Below are positions 13,123-26,700 of a stretch of 60,000 bases of DNA, piece after piece. The translations under genes were made by a program, and so were the position numbers. Numbering within the stretch: position 1 is the stretch's first letter; each line of letters starts with the position of its first letter. Where the stretch lies: contig NC_087436.1 of NCBI RefSeq assembly GCF_036321535.1, forward strand, positions 82,586,001 to 82,646,000, given 5' to 3'. Source of the DNA: Camelus dromedarius (taxonomy: Eukaryota). The notes below the pieces were generated by a model. It made no database searches. It saw nothing but the letters and a program-made list of their open reading frames with translations, and had not been told where the DNA came from.

Positions 13123-13245
13123 TCTTTTTGGGAGGTGTAATTAAGTTTATTTATTTGTTTGTTTAAATGGCAGTACTGGGGATTGAACCCAGAATGTTGT
13201 ACATGCCAAGCATGTACTCTACCACTGACTATACCCTACCCACCC
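13123..13245 (-). mobile_element. camelid tRNA-derived SINE (vic-1-like)
   Basis: Minus strand has A-box-like TAGTCAGTGG, B-box GGTTCAATCC and an AT-rich tail; TSD attttcttttt (13112-13122 / 13414-13424). Confidence 0.8.
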
Positions 13246-13249
13246 TATT

Positions 13250-13398
13250 CTTTTCTTTTTTCTTTTTCTTTTTTTGGTGGAGAGGTAATTTTATTTATTT
13301 GTTTGTTTATTTATTTTTAGTGGAGGTACCAGGGATTGAACCCAGGACCAAGTGCATGCTAAGCACACACTCTACCATTTGAGCTATGCCCTCCCCCT
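13250..13398 (-). mobile_element. second vic-1-like SINE inserted at the head of the first
   Basis: tggaggtaccagggattgaacccagg...ctctaccatttgagctat; TSD cctacccaccctatt (13235-13249 / 13399-13413). Confidence 0.8.
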
Positions 13399-14849
13399 CC
13401 TACCCACCCTATTATTTTCTTTTTTGATAGTAGCCATCATAATGGGTGTGAAGTGAACAGCATACTATTTTTGATAAGGTGCTTAGAACACCTGGTGCAG
13501 AGTAAACTCTCTGTCCATATTTGTCCTGCACTGGAATGTGTTGTTTCAGAAGCAGCAGCTCATTATTGTCCCCCTGCACTTCTCAATGCTGGCCTTGTCC
13601 TGTGTCATAGGGCACTGGCATATTAATTTAATTAATTTTCTTTGAAATTTATCACTTTTCATCATATAATACAGTTATATGTACATGGGTCCCCTCTCCC
13701 CTACTGGGTGATATTTTAAGGGAGGGGATTATTTTTAATATAACCTTGATTCCCTGCAGTGGCAAATACTCAGTAAACATTTGTAATAGGAGCATTTGTG
13801 ACTCCACTGATTGCTTCATCCACCTGATCATTCCTTCTCACACTCCTCCCCAAATTCCACATCTACTGATGTGCTCCCTGAAGGGTACTAAGTTAGGTAA
13901 AGCAAATATAGCTAAGGAAGGTAATGTTCAGGAATGATCAGACCTCTCATGTATTTGCATCAAACTCTCCACCAGCTTTAGCTCAGATGTTGAGCTTTTA
14001 AAACACTAAAGACTTAATGTAAAGCCTACTGAGCCTTGTTTTAAGATGCTGTTAAACATCCTGCCAATTTAAAAAATCAGCCTGACATTCTAGAATGACT
14101 GAAGAATGAGTGATTCTAAGCTTACCTGACTTGAGTAAAGGAATCTGACCTACCATTTGCCTCACTACGCTCCTTGAAAGCCAGTAAACCTGAAAGTGGC
14201 CACAAGAGGGGAGTATGAACCATGGTCATCTTTCCCAAATGAAAGGAACTGATGAATCTTTCTCCAGCTGAATGCTTGCTTGATTCTGAACAGCAGTCAA
14301 CTGAATTATCATACTCCTTCCAGCTGATTGTCAAAGAATGAGTGTGGGTTTGCCCTTTGTCTGTTCACAGAGAATATAACCTTTAACTCTAAGCTGTCCA
14401 ATCATGCCTTAATCCTGACTGGAAGAAATATTTATGGGAGGAGGGCCTAAAGGACGAGCAGTCCCTCTCCCTCAGTTTCACTAGTATTATTTTACCTTTG
14501 CATTAAACCAAAAACCTGAGAAAACTGTATTCATGGATCAGCTTTTTTTTAGCCCCCCTAAGAATTATTTATATTGAATTGGGATTTGGCATGTGGTCAT
14601 AGGCCTATATTAAGGGATGCTTTAAGAGGCAACTGTTTAAAATGTATTATTATATCAATGTAAAGATACTGCCTACAAATTCACACAGTGCTCTGTTTTT
14701 GAGGACCTATGGGAGAAAATTTGCTCAAAAACTCAGAACACAGGAAAAGTTGGGCTTTGCCTGGAAAACTTGCTTGCTTTTTCTCATTAACTTTGTGAAT
14801 GTTTTAATGCATTCTGTTCCTCTCTTCCCTTTGACTTCTGGGAGGCTTC

Positions 14850-15240
14850 TTTTATTCAACAAATATTTATGAAGTGCCTGTCCTATGCCAGGCACTGCTG
14901 GCTGCGATGGGGAACACAGGCAGATTGATTCTGTCCTCATGAAGCCTCCAGTTTAGTGGAAGAGACAGCTATTCATTAATCACTCAGGTGAATGTGTAAA
15001 CTGCAAACTGAAAAGTGCTGTGAAGGAAAGGAAGCATCATAGATGAGGTGCATAATAGAAGGACTGGACTTAACCTGAAGAAGTGCCCTTTGGGCCCCAG
15101 GATGAGTAGGAGGGGCAGGGGTGGGGCATTGGCTTTGCTGACCAGGAGGGATGGCACTGTGCATTCTGGCGACTGGAAGATGAATTTGGGAAGGCTGCAG
15201 TGTAGGCACAGGTGGGGAAGGTATGGGGCAAGGCTTGAGA
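14850..15240 (-). mobile_element. L2 fragment
   Basis: tattcaacaaatatttatgaagtgcctgtcctatgccaggcactg. Confidence 0.75.
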
Positions 15241-16089
15241 GAACACCAAGGTTTGAGCGGCCTCACCCAGGCTTTTATTTTCCCCTCCATCTTTCGTCTG
15301 TGCTATCTTTTCATAATAAATACATTTTTGTGGAATAAGATGGGGACTAAATTAAAAGTTATTATTCCAATACTTGCATTGCATCACAGAATGACTCCAT
15401 CAAACATTACACAAAGAACAATTTCACACGTGTACCACCTCCACCAAAGCTCGCTCACATCCACGGGGTCTCACACAGACACAGGTGTACAGGCACATGC
15501 TGGGTGAGCCCATGGACTTGAGAACACAGATTGACTTTGCTCTGATGGCATCTGGAGGTTCACGTTATTCTTCCTTTGCAGCACATCAGGATCAAGAATT
15601 AGAGAGTTGTTCCTAGAAGATGGGTTTATATACACTTTAGAAATAATAGCCCTGCCTTCTGGTTCAGTAAAGTGTTATCATCCATTGCTTCTTAAAAAAC
15701 ACACAGGAATAAACAGGCCCAGTAGATAAAAGGGCAGTATTTTACAGTTGGTTTTGATTATAACTCTTCATTCTGCCAGCTGTGCTGAGGATTAGAACAT
15801 GTTGGTAAAAGATTCCTAGAGGAAACCCCTGTGGCTCGGCGTTCGTGTCTTCATCTGTCACCCCTGTTCTCGGTATTGAGTTGAAACAAGGCCTTCATGG
15901 GGACAAAACTTGTGTCAATGCGGCTTACCTTTCCCAGGTCAGGAAGAGACCTGTTTCTGAGCCCTTATTGTAATAAAATATGTTTCAATTAACAGAGAGG
16001 GGAACGAAGGAAGAAAGAGGAAAAAGAATTGGAGATACCAGTTGAGAGTGGTTACAAGTAGAGTTACTCACTCATTCTGTCTTAACCAG

Positions 16090-16505
16090 ACAGAGCTCCT
16101 TCCCGAGCATCTAAACACACGAGACACGTTGTGCCGCAGACTTGGGCACTGCTGCTCCCTCTGCCTGGAATGCTCCTCGTCTCTGTGAGCAGAAGCCTCC
16201 CTTGTCTATCTCCTTCTAGTTTTTGATTGAATGTTACTTTCTCAATTGAGACTTACCTTGATCATCCTATTTAAAATTGATGCCCACCCTCTCCTTGAAC
16301 TCCTGATTCCTTTTACCCTATTTCAGGGATTGACAAACTATAACCCCCTGTTTTTCTAACCCAAGTTTTATTGAAACACAACAAGTTTCATTGTTTAATG
16401 TCTTGACTATGGCAGGTTTTGTCCTACAATGGCAGAGTGACAGACAATGTGGCCTGAAAAGTTCATGGGTGAGTCTTCAATAACTTGCATGAATGAATGA
16501 ATATA
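16090..16505 (+). mobile_element. L2 fragment with MER58-like hAT MITE piece (16323-16460)
   Basis: gctccctctgcctggaatgctc (L2); cagggattgacaaacta..aagttttattgaaacaca..ctacaatggcagagt (MER58-like); tgaatgaatgaa tail. Confidence 0.65.
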
Positions 16506-17307
16506 AAGTGTTCCACGAGGATTGGACAGTTAGTTGTGATTATTATTATTTTCACACATCCACAACTTTTTGAAAGGGGAGAATATCATTACACCAGCAT
16601 ATATTCTCAATCTAACATGTAGAAAGTTGTGACCATCACAACCTTCTCTCCTGTGGCAGAAAATGTGCTCTTACAGGCTTGTTTCTGAGTCTTCTATACC
16701 TGCTTACCTCTACTAGAACACCTACACAACCCCAAAATAAACACCAGAGGAAAAGGCTTTTATGTGAAAGTAAACATCTTTTTGCAGCTCTAAGATGTTT
16801 GGCTTTTGTTGGGGAAGTACTATTTTCATGTTCAGACAGAGGAATGTCTATTTTTACACCACAGCCAGACAAGACTTAACCATTGAGCCAAATGGGTAGG
16901 TGTGTTTTCAAACTAGGTCTTTATTTCACTAAAAAGAAGAGGGGAAGGGATAAACTCACCTTTTGACCAAGGAAATACAAGATTCAAACTTCCAAGTTCC
17001 TTCTGCAATGAATAAAAATTTTCCATATAGGTTATAGTTCTTGATCACATCAATAGACACTAATTTATATAAAATAGTCTCTTTTCTATGCAAAATACCC
17101 ACATAGTCACTGCGAAGGTGTTAAGGTTGGAGCCCATCTACCTAGAATTCTGAAATTTATTTTTTCTTTCTGCTGACTTTTTAATTGCTACCTCATTTAT
17201 AGTTTTCAAAAGAACTGATGTATCAGCCTCCTCTTTGTTTTAGATCATTTTTTTGAGGGTGAGCATGAGCTAAGAGTTACATATGGCACACAGGATCCCA
17301 CCATGAC

Positions 17308-17546
17308 AGCCAGTCTCAACTGGTGGTGGGGGATGTTGCACTTAGTGAAGTCTGGAGACATTTTTGATTGTCATGACTAGGAAGATGCTACTGGCATCTG
17401 AGTGCTGCTTAGCATTAGCCAGGGATGCTGCTAAAGATTCTATAATACCCAGGATAGGAGCCCCCTCTGCCCACCCCCCACCCCCAGATCCCAACAAAGA
17501 ATTTTCCTGTCCAAAATGTTAGTGGTCCTGAGATTGAGAAACACTG
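17308..17546 (+). mobile_element. MER20 hAT-Charlie MITE
   Basis: gtctggagacatttttgattgtcatgact...tgctactggcatct...gccagggatgctgctaaa...ttgagaaacactg. Confidence 0.85.
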
Positions 17547-18657
17547 CCCTATAATAAATGCTAAATGAATTTATTTATGCTAACAAGCATTTTCCCATTT
17601 CCTTTCTAAGTCATTTGCTTTCTTGTTGCCTTGGTGATGTCATTATATGTAACCTAGGTTAATAATAGGTGCCCATTTCCTCCTTCACTGGGAGGAGATA
17701 ATGACCATACATCACCATAAACCATTTAAGCACTAAAAATCCCTAAGGAAGAGAATTATTACTATTTATTAAGAAAGAGTTATGTGTCTCCAGGTTTCAT
17801 GGCTGTATGGCTTGAGGCCTGCTTTTTTTTTGGTAAGTTTAAATAATTTAGGGAAGCTTAAAACCTCTATGTTAGCTGTCTGTTTGTGGGGTCATAGAAG
17901 GTCACAAGACACAGAGTGCAGAAATCTGCGTAAAAAATCCACAGCTGACATGTTTGCTCTTCTTGTGACTGTCCTGTTCCAGAATGTTTCCTCTCTCTCT
18001 GTGCTTGTCCCTGGCCTCCTTGGCTCCTTTTTCTTCCTGAAGGTTAGCTTTGCCCCCACCTCACATTCCTTCTCCCTTAATTCTCTGGTTATTTCATCAA
18101 CTATCTTTTGTTATTCAATCATTCCCTTGGGGAATGCTTCACCTTTACTGGCACTTTTCCCTAAATAAATTCAGTGCTCGTACAAGACAAATTTAGGTGA
18201 ATAAACTGTTCTTCATCTTAACATAAATATTTCCCTTTGAATGTTTATTAATTTTGTCCCACCTAGTCCTTCTTAACTGAGTGATAGGTAAATAGCACTT
18301 AGCACAAAAATGAGGAAAGAAATCACTTCACCTAAATATTAATTTGGGCCTGAAAAGAGAACTTTGTGGTTTAAACCAGATTCCTAATGTCTAAGATGCC
18401 CAAATCCTCAAATAGTTGTTTGAAGAAACTTTTAAATTTTGTTTGCTTTTTAATTTTACAGAAGTCTTAGGTTCATGGGGTCACAGGGCCAGCTTGGTGG
18501 CAGTGGCTGCTCTATAAATAAGGGACCCAGTTGGTAAGCTGGAAAGGTTGGAACTCCTGTCTTCAATGTACAGAAATCTTCTCACAAACTTATGCAAACT
18601 AAAAGAATAAATTTAAAGTGGGCTTATATGCATTTTTGTTTAGTTGCCAATAGTGTT

Positions 18658-18801
18658 TTTTTTTAATTTTAAATTTTTTTGGGGGGGGGGTAGTTGGTTT
18701 TGTTTGTTTATTTATTTTTTTAATGGAGGTACCGGGGATTGAACCCAGGACCTCATGAATGCGGAGCAGGTGCTCTACCACTGAGCTATACCCTGCCCCC
18801 A
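18658..18801 (-). mobile_element. vic-1-like camelid SINE
   Basis: A-box TAGCTCAGTGG and B-box GGTTCAATCCC on minus; imperfect TSD ccaatag..tttt on both sides. Confidence 0.85.
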
Positions 18802-19009
18802 CCAATAGAATTTTAAGAGGAAGTTACTGATTAGCATATAGCACAAGGCTCTTCCACTCAGCAAGCTGGAAACATTTTACATGTAGAAGACTGAGTTGGG
18901 TAGGTCGTTGGTCCTGCCATTATGTTATTTCTTAGGTTTTTGTATGTTTTCTTGAAAGAGGAGAAATATTCTGTCGAGGTCAATTACATTCAAGAGGAAA
19001 TGTAGTTTA

Positions 19010-19590
19010 ATTTCCATTGCTCCCCATTTCACATCCAAAGTCCTGGCGTTGGTCTACAGGTCCTGACTGTCTGGGTCTCGCTGACCTCATCGCCCACTAC
19101 TCCTCTCCTCCGAATCACTCTGCTCCAGACGCTGGCCTTCTTGCTGCTCCTCAAACCCTTCAGACACACTCTGGCAGGGGGCCTTTGTACTTGCTCTTTC
19201 TTATGCCTGGGATGCTCTTTTCTAGTTTATCCACTTGGCTCATTCTCTTACAACCTGTCTTTGCTGCAGTTTCTCCTCCTCGAGCTGTCTTCTGACCACG
19301 CTATTGAATATTGCAAACTGCATCTTAGCCTTCACCCCTCGGCTCTCTTGATCCTTCTCTCCTTCTCCCCTGCTCAACATCTGTCCCTTTTTCACACAAT
19401 ATTAATGAACTTTTACAACTAAATTATTTACTCATTTATAATGCAACATGTTTTATCTTCTGCCTGCCTCTGCTGGAATGTAAACTTCTTAAGGGCAGGG
19501 ATTTGTGTCTGTTTTGCCTACTAATGTATCCCAAGAGCCTAGAGCAGGGTTGGCTCATAGTAACCATTCCATATAGGTTTGATGAAATAA
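19010..19590 (+). mobile_element. L2a 3' portion
   Basis: ctggaatgtaaacttcttaagggcagggatttgtgtctgttttg...gcctagagcaggg. Confidence 0.8.
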
Positions 19591-20319
19591 AGAATGGTTT
19601 AGTTAAACACAGGCAGGGACAGAATTTTAGTTAGGGCAGGGGCCTTTATGAAGAATTTGTGACTGTCAAGAGGGCAGTTTGAAGACACCATGAACGAGGA
19701 CAGAGGGAAGGCCGAGATGGGGAAGAGCAGTGATGTGTATTCTACTTCATAATTTTTCCTAGGGTTGACCTTGCTGATGGATGTCTGAGGGGGCAGGAAA
19801 ATGTTTGGAAATAGGTGCAGATAGGCAACTGTTTCCGGTGGATTTTAGGAATGTGCATGTTCCAGGGAGAGGAGAGAAAAGGGAGGAAATTGCAATGGTG
19901 TGGCTGGGAAACATCTCGTCACTCACTTGATCTCTCATACCTTCCACCTCTATACACTCGACCTTCCTGCTCATACCTGCGACATGCCATCTGGTGTTAT
20001 TTTTATAGTCAGACAAAGATATCTCTGGATATAACCTTAAATACTTCTCAGGGCCATAGTGAGACTAAACAACTTCATCTTTACCAGACACAAGACAAAG
20101 ATGACTCATCAGACAAAACAAATCTAGTGTTACAAACCCACCTGTTCACCCTTGGGAAGCTGTGTGAATGTGCTATCCCAGTGGGCTCTGGCTGAATTAG
20201 GAGGCAGAATGGAAAGGTTATTAGAAGACAGTAAGGTTATATTAGTTTATGTGTTCTTCCCCAATGTGTGGATGTAACTGGGGAGCACGGCTCTGAACCT
20301 GAGCTTTGTACTAATTTGG

Positions 20320-20820
20320 AGGAAAGGAATCAGACTGCCTGGGTTTAAATCTTGGCTCCACTATTTAGTAGCTGTGTGACTCAAGGAAAATTATCTCATC
20401 TTTTTCATCCTCAGTTTTCCCATCTGCAAAGAGTACCGAGAGATCATGTGAGGATAAAATGAGCTAAGAAACATGGAAAGTATCTAGCACAGTGCCTTAA
20501 CAAAGGATATCTCTTAGGCATGCTGTACATAGGCAGTCAGTCTGCCTATATTAAAATTCTAGAGATGGTGGGTAGATACAGCTCAGTGGTAGAGCACATG
20601 CTTGACATGCATAAGGCCCTGGATTCAATCGCCAGTACCTCCATTAAAAAAAAATTCTAGCTTTATTACTTATTTGCTATGCAACTTGGGACAAGATGCT
20701 TCACTTTGCTTCAGGTTCATTTTCAAGAGATAAATTATTTACTGCAAAGGACTTTTATGAGGATCCAACAAAATGGTTTATGACTTAGGGGAAGACCTGA
20801 CACATAGCAAGTGTGCTACA
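20320..20820 (+). mobile_element. two MIR copies, the second interrupted by a SINE
   Basis: ggaatcagactgcctgggtttaaatcttggctcc...; gcagtcagtctgcc...gcaacttgggacaag. Confidence 0.7.
20563..20650 (+). mobile_element. vic-1-like camelid SINE
   Basis: agctcagtggtagagc...ggattcaatcgccagtacctccattaaaa; TSD aaaattctag (20553-20562 / 20651-20660). Confidence 0.85.
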
Positions 20821-21267
20821 AAAGGCATCTTCCATTACTCTGATTTAACACTACAATGACTACTAATACTGTTACTATTACTGCAACCATGGCTTCTGTT
20901 GCTACTGCTATACTGCTAGGCAATGTGAGAAGGTTGAAAAAAACTCGTAAACTTTACTCTCAAAACTTCTTTCTACTGTTTTAAAAAAAACACTTTCCCA
21001 CACTTTCCTATCCGTATTCCTCTATCACTGAAGTGCAATCACTTACCAATAGAAATGAGTGAATGTTGTCAAGATATTAGAGGAAGAGGGTATACTTCAG
21101 ATTTTGGACTCTAGAAGCAGCATTGGAATTCTATATTATGTGAATAGCATCTCTGGGGACAAAAGTCTCTGTTTCCCAGTTCATTGCATTTGTACTTGGA
21201 CTTGGTGACATAGTGGAAATGAAGGAAGGGATGGGAAGCTGGCTGTACCTGAGGAAAAACTAGTCAC

Positions 21268-21715
21268 TGCAGGAGAGATTGCAAGTTGTCTACCAATATC
21301 TCTTGCCCCTCTTTCTTTAATATTAAAACTCCTAGGTCATAGCTGGGCACTTGCTTTACATCTGGAGGCTGTATTTCCCAGATTCACTTGCAGCTAGCTG
21401 TGCCCTTATGACCAAGTCCTTGACAACAGAATGGCAACAGAAGTGATGTATGCCAGTTCCAGGTCATACCCTTAAAAGAAACGGGTACTGCACACTTCTT
21501 TTCCTTTCTTTTTTCTTATTAACTGGAATGCAGTCATGATGGAGGGTGCTGGAGCAGCCATTTTAGACCCAGAGATGGAAGGTTCATAATGAGGGTGGCA
21601 GAGTTGCCCTATTAACCTTGGATCATCTATGTCTGGACTTTTCACATGAAACAGTAATACACTTCCATCTTGTATTAGCTTTGGGTTTTCTTAACCTGTA
21701 ACAAATACAGCCAAA
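21268..21715 (+). mobile_element. old MaLR LTR (MLT1I/J-like)
   Basis: tatttcccagattcacttgcagctag...gctggagcagccattttagacc. Confidence 0.7.
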
Positions 21716-23718
21716 TTAACTCAATAAAATTGGCACTCTACTCAACCACAATCATAAAGGAAGTTTGAATGTAATGAATATGTTTTCAGAAAGGAAATAT
21801 ATTAGTTTTTGAGGTAAATCAATTTAAATTTAAGAGATCACATTCAGTTTTGAAATTTAAAGAATTTTCTAAGTCTTTTTCTCATATTTGTGCTATGATG
21901 AAAGCCTAGCTCTAGTGATCAGAAGTAACTCATAGTTATATTTGGAATATTATCAATTACTTTTTTTGAGTTTGTGATTAGATACTATTTTGTATGGTTA
22001 GAATTTGAACAAGTACCGATGTATTATCTACATAGCCTATATTTAGGGTTTTAACACAATCAGACCATGGATAGAGTAAAGTAACACCAAAGTGTAACAG
22101 ACACTAAAATTTAGGATAACAGGTAACTATATTAAAATTCCAGCAAAAGGGCAATACAATCACACCAGGAAATGACAAGCTCAAGATTTGTGCTGAGTTA
22201 TTTACTGTGAGCATGTACTGCTTTTATATTTAAAATAACCTTTAAAAAATTACTTGCTAAGGTTGTGATTAATTACTTACAAGTTTAGAATTATCTTACA
22301 GTTTAGAGGTAGTTTACTGTTCTGTGAGAGTGAATCCAAGCATCCTTAGGAAGCCAACATCTTGAAATACAATAAATGAAAATTAGTCAGTACACTTGGG
22401 TATTAGCATGTTAATGGAAGTTGAAAGAAACAGGCTTATGTTGCAATGTTAAGTCCAAAAGAAGGTAAGTGACCGTGCTGTAGGAAGGAGGTTAGAAGTG
22501 GGCCGTTTTCTTTAGATGCTCATGGCCAAAGGATGATTTCATCTTATAGACTGTGCTTGTGATTCATTAAGGAATATCTAAAGTGAAGGGAATCTTCTGC
22601 CAGGCAAAACAGCTTTATAAAAGTGCCTGTAAGAACATCTGTGTCCTCAAACACTACAGGCCAGAAGGGAGTGGCAAGATATATTCAAAGTCCTGAATGA
22701 AAAAAAGATGCAGCCTAGGATACTCTATCCAGCAAGGCTATTCTTTAGAATAGAAGGAAAGATAAAGAACTTCACAGACAAGCAAAAACTAAAAAAGTTT
22801 AGCAACACTAAACCCATACTAAAAGAAATATTGACAGGTCTGCTCTAAATAGAAAAGAAGCAAGATGCTACAAAAATGAGAAACTCATAACTGGAAAGGT
22901 GATAACTACCATGAATTACAAATAGGATAAACACAAAATTGTAAAAGAAGACATCTAAATCATTAAGAGTGGGAGAGGGAAGGAAGGAAAGCCACTGTGG
23001 AAAATAGTATGGAGATTCCTCAAAAGACTAGGAATAGACTTACCATATGACCCAGGAATCCCACTCCTGGGCATATATCCAGAAGGAACCCTACTTCAAA
23101 ATGACACCTGCACCCCAGTGTTCATAGCAGCACTATTTACAATAGTCAAGACATGGAAACAGCCTAAATGTCCATCAACAGATGACTGGATAAAGAAGTG
23201 GTTGTATATTTATACAACGGAATTCTATTCAGCCACGAAAACCGACAACATAATGCCATTTGCAGCAACATGGATGTTCCTGGAGAGTGTCTTTTTTTTT
23301 TTATTTTTAATTTTTTTTATTTTCAGTTATTTTATTTTAAGAAATCACCACCACCAACAAAATCTTTCCATTTGTACTGATACTCCATTTACAGCATTTT
23401 TTTTAACATTTTTTATTGATTTATAATCATTTTACAATGTTGTGTCAAATTCCAGTGTTCAGCACAATTTTTCAGTTATTCATGGACATATACACACTCA
23501 TTGTCACATTTTTTTCTCTGTGAGTTATCATAACATTTTGTGTATATTTCCCTGTGCTATACAGTGTAGTCTATTCTACAATTTTGAAATCCCAGTCTAT
23601 CCCTTCCCACCCTCCACCCCCCTGGTAACCACAAGTCTGTATTCTCTGTCTGTGAGTCTATTTCTGTCCTTTATTTACGCTTTGTTTTTGTTTGTTTGTT
23701 TGTTTTTGTTTTTGTTTT

Positions 23719-26700
23719 TTAGATTCCACATATGAGCGATCTCATATGGTATTTTTTCTTTCTCTTTCTGGCTTACTTCACTTAGAATGACATTCTCCAG
23801 GAGCATCCATGTTGCTGCAAATGGCATTATGTTGTCCGTTTTTATGGCTGAGTAGTATTCCATTGTATAAATATACCACCACCTCTTTATCCAGTCACCT
23901 GTTGATGGACATTTAGGCTGTTTCCATGTTTTGGCTATTGTAAATAGTGCTGCTATGAACACTGGGGTGCAGGTGTCATCCTGAAGTAGATTTCCTTCTG
24001 GATACAAGCCCAGGAGTGGGATTCCTGGGTCATATGGTAAGTCTATGCCTAGTCTTTTGAGGAATCTCCACACTGTTTTCCATAGTGGCTGCACCAAACT
24101 GCATTCCCACCAGCAGTGTAGGAGGGTTCCCCTTTCTCCACAGCCTCTCCAGCATTTGTCATTTGTGGATTTTTGAATGACGGCCATTCTGACTGGTGTG
24201 AGGTGATACCTCATTGTAGTTTTGATTTGCATTTCTCTGATAATTAGTGATACTGAGCATTTTTTCATGTGCTTTTTGATCATTTGTATGTCTTCCTTGG
24301 AGAATTGCTTGTTTAGGTCTTCTGTCCATTTTTGGATTGGGTTGTTTATTTTTTTCTTATTGAGTTGTATGAGCTGCTTATATATTCTGGAGATCAAGCC
24401 TTTGTCGGTTTCAGTTGCAAAAATTTTCTCCCATTCCGTAGGTTTTCTTCTTGTTTTATTTCTGGTTTCCTTTGCTGTGCAGAAGCTTGTAAGTTTCATT
24501 AGGTCCCATTTGTTTATTCTTGATTTTATTTCTTCTAGGAGAAAATTTTTGAAATGTATGTCAGATAATGTTTTGCCTATGTTTTCCTCTAGGAGGTTTA
24601 TTGTGTCTTGTCTTATGTTTAAGTCTTTGATCCATTTTGAGTTTATTTTTGTGTATGGTGTAAGGCAGTGTTCTAGCTTCATTGATTTACATGCTGCTGT
24701 CCAGTTTTCCCAACACCATTTGCTGAAGAGACTGTCTTTATTCCAATGTATATTCTTGCCTCCTTTGTCGAAGATGAGTTGACCAAAAGTTTGTGGGTTC
24801 ATTTCTGGGCTCTCTATTCTGTTCCATTGGTCTATATGTCTGTTTTGGTACCAATACCATGCTGTCTTGATGACTGTAGCTCTATAGTATTGTCTGAAGT
24901 CTGGGAGAGTTATTCGTCCAGCCTCTTTCTTTCTCTTCAGTAATGCTTTGGCAATTCTAGGTCTTTGATGGTTCCATATGAATTTTATTATGATTTTTTC
25001 TAGTTCTGTGAAATATGTCCTGGGTAATTGGATAGGGATTGCATTAAATCTGTAGATTGCCTTGGGCAGTGTGACCATTTTAACAATATTGATTCTTCCA
25101 ATCCAAGAGCATGGAATATCTTTCCATTTTTTAAAGTCTTCTTTAATTTCCTTCATCAATGGTTTATAGTTTTCTGTGTATAATTCTTTCACCTCCTTGG
25201 TTAGATTTATTCCCAGTATTTTATTACTTTGGGTGCTATTTTAAAGGGGATTGTTTCTTTACTTTCTTCTTCTATTGATTTATCGTTAGTGTAAAGAAAT
25301 GCAACTAATTTTTGAACGTTAATTTTGTAACCTGCTACCTTGCTGAATTCTTCAATCAGCTCTAGTAGCTTTTGTGTGGACCTTTTAGGGTTTTCTATAT
25401 ATAGTAACATGTCATCAGCATATAATGACACTTTTACCTCTTCTTATCCAGTTTGGATCCCTTTTATTTCTTTCTCTTGCCTGACTGCTGTGGCTAGGAC
25501 TTCCAGGACTATGTTGAATAGGAGTGGTGATCGTGGGCATCCTTGTCTTGTCCCAGATTTTAGTGGGAAGCTTTTGAGTTTTTCACCGTTGAGTACTATG
25601 CTGGCTGTAGGTTTGTCATATATAGCTTTTATTATGTTGAGATATGTTCCCTCTATACCCACTTTGGCGAGAGTTTTTATCATAAATGGGTGTTGAATTT
25701 TATCAAATGCTTTTTCTGCATCGATTGAGATGATCATGTGGTTTTTGTCCTTTCTCTTGTTGATGTGATGTATTACACTGATTGATTTGCATATGTTGAA
25801 CCAGCCTTGTGTCCCTGGGATGAACCCCACTTGGTCATGATGTATAATCTTTTTTATGTGTTGTTGGATTCTATTTGCTAAAATTTTGGTGAGGATTTTG
25901 GCGTCTATGTTCATCAGTGATATTGGCCTATAATTCTCTTTTTTTGTAGTGTCTTTGCCTGGTTTTGGTATCAGGGTGATGGTGGCTTCATAGAATGAGT
26001 TTGGGAGTAATCCCTCCTTTTCAATCGTCTGGAAGAGTTTGAGAAGGACTGGTATGAGTTCTTCTTTGTATGTTTGGTAGAATTCCCCGATGAAGCCGTC
26101 CGGTCCTGGACTTTTATTTGTAGGGAGGTTTTTAATTGCTATTTCTATTTCCTTTCTAGTGATCGGATTGTTCAAGTGTTCAGATTCTTCTTGATTCAGT
26201 TTTGGTGGACAGTATGTTTCCAGAAACTTGTCCATCTCCTCTAGGTTATCCAGTTTGGTTCCATATAGTTTTTCATAATATTCTCGTATGATATTCTGTA
26301 TTTCTATTTTGTTTGTTGTAATTTCTCCATTTTCCTTTCTTATTTTGCTAATTTGTGCTCTCTCTTTTTTCTTCTTTGTGAGTTTGGCCAGAGGTTTGTC
26401 GATTTTATTTACTTTTTCAAAAAACCAGCTTTTGGTTTGGTTGATTTTTTCTATGGTCTTGTTAATCTCTATTGTATTTAATTCCTCTCTGATCTTTATT
26501 ATTTCCTTCCTTCTGCTGCTTTTTGGGGCTTTTTGTTCTTCTTTTTCTAATTCATTCAGGTGGTGGGTTAAATTGTTTATTTGAGATTGTTCTTCTTTTT
26601 TGAGGAAGGCCTGTATCGCTATAAACTTCCCTCTTAGCACTGCCTTTGCTGTGTCCCATAGGTTTTGAGTGGTTGTACTTTCATTATCATTTGTCTCAAG

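Larger units (their letters stand above)
12870..13460 (-). mobile_element. old L1 ORF2 3' fragment interrupted by two SINEs
   Basis: Translation ...CWECKMAQLLWKTVWPLLKKFKIELPYHPATPLPGILPKELK...CTPTFIAVLF matches the L1 ORF2 C-terminus; resumes at 13425 (tgatagtagccatcataatgggtgtgaagtg). Confidence 0.85.

Noticed and set aside
13123..20650. tRNA-like sequences with A and B boxes
   Set aside because: They have AT-rich tails and TSDs and are diverged copies of one another, so they are SINEs rather than tRNA genes
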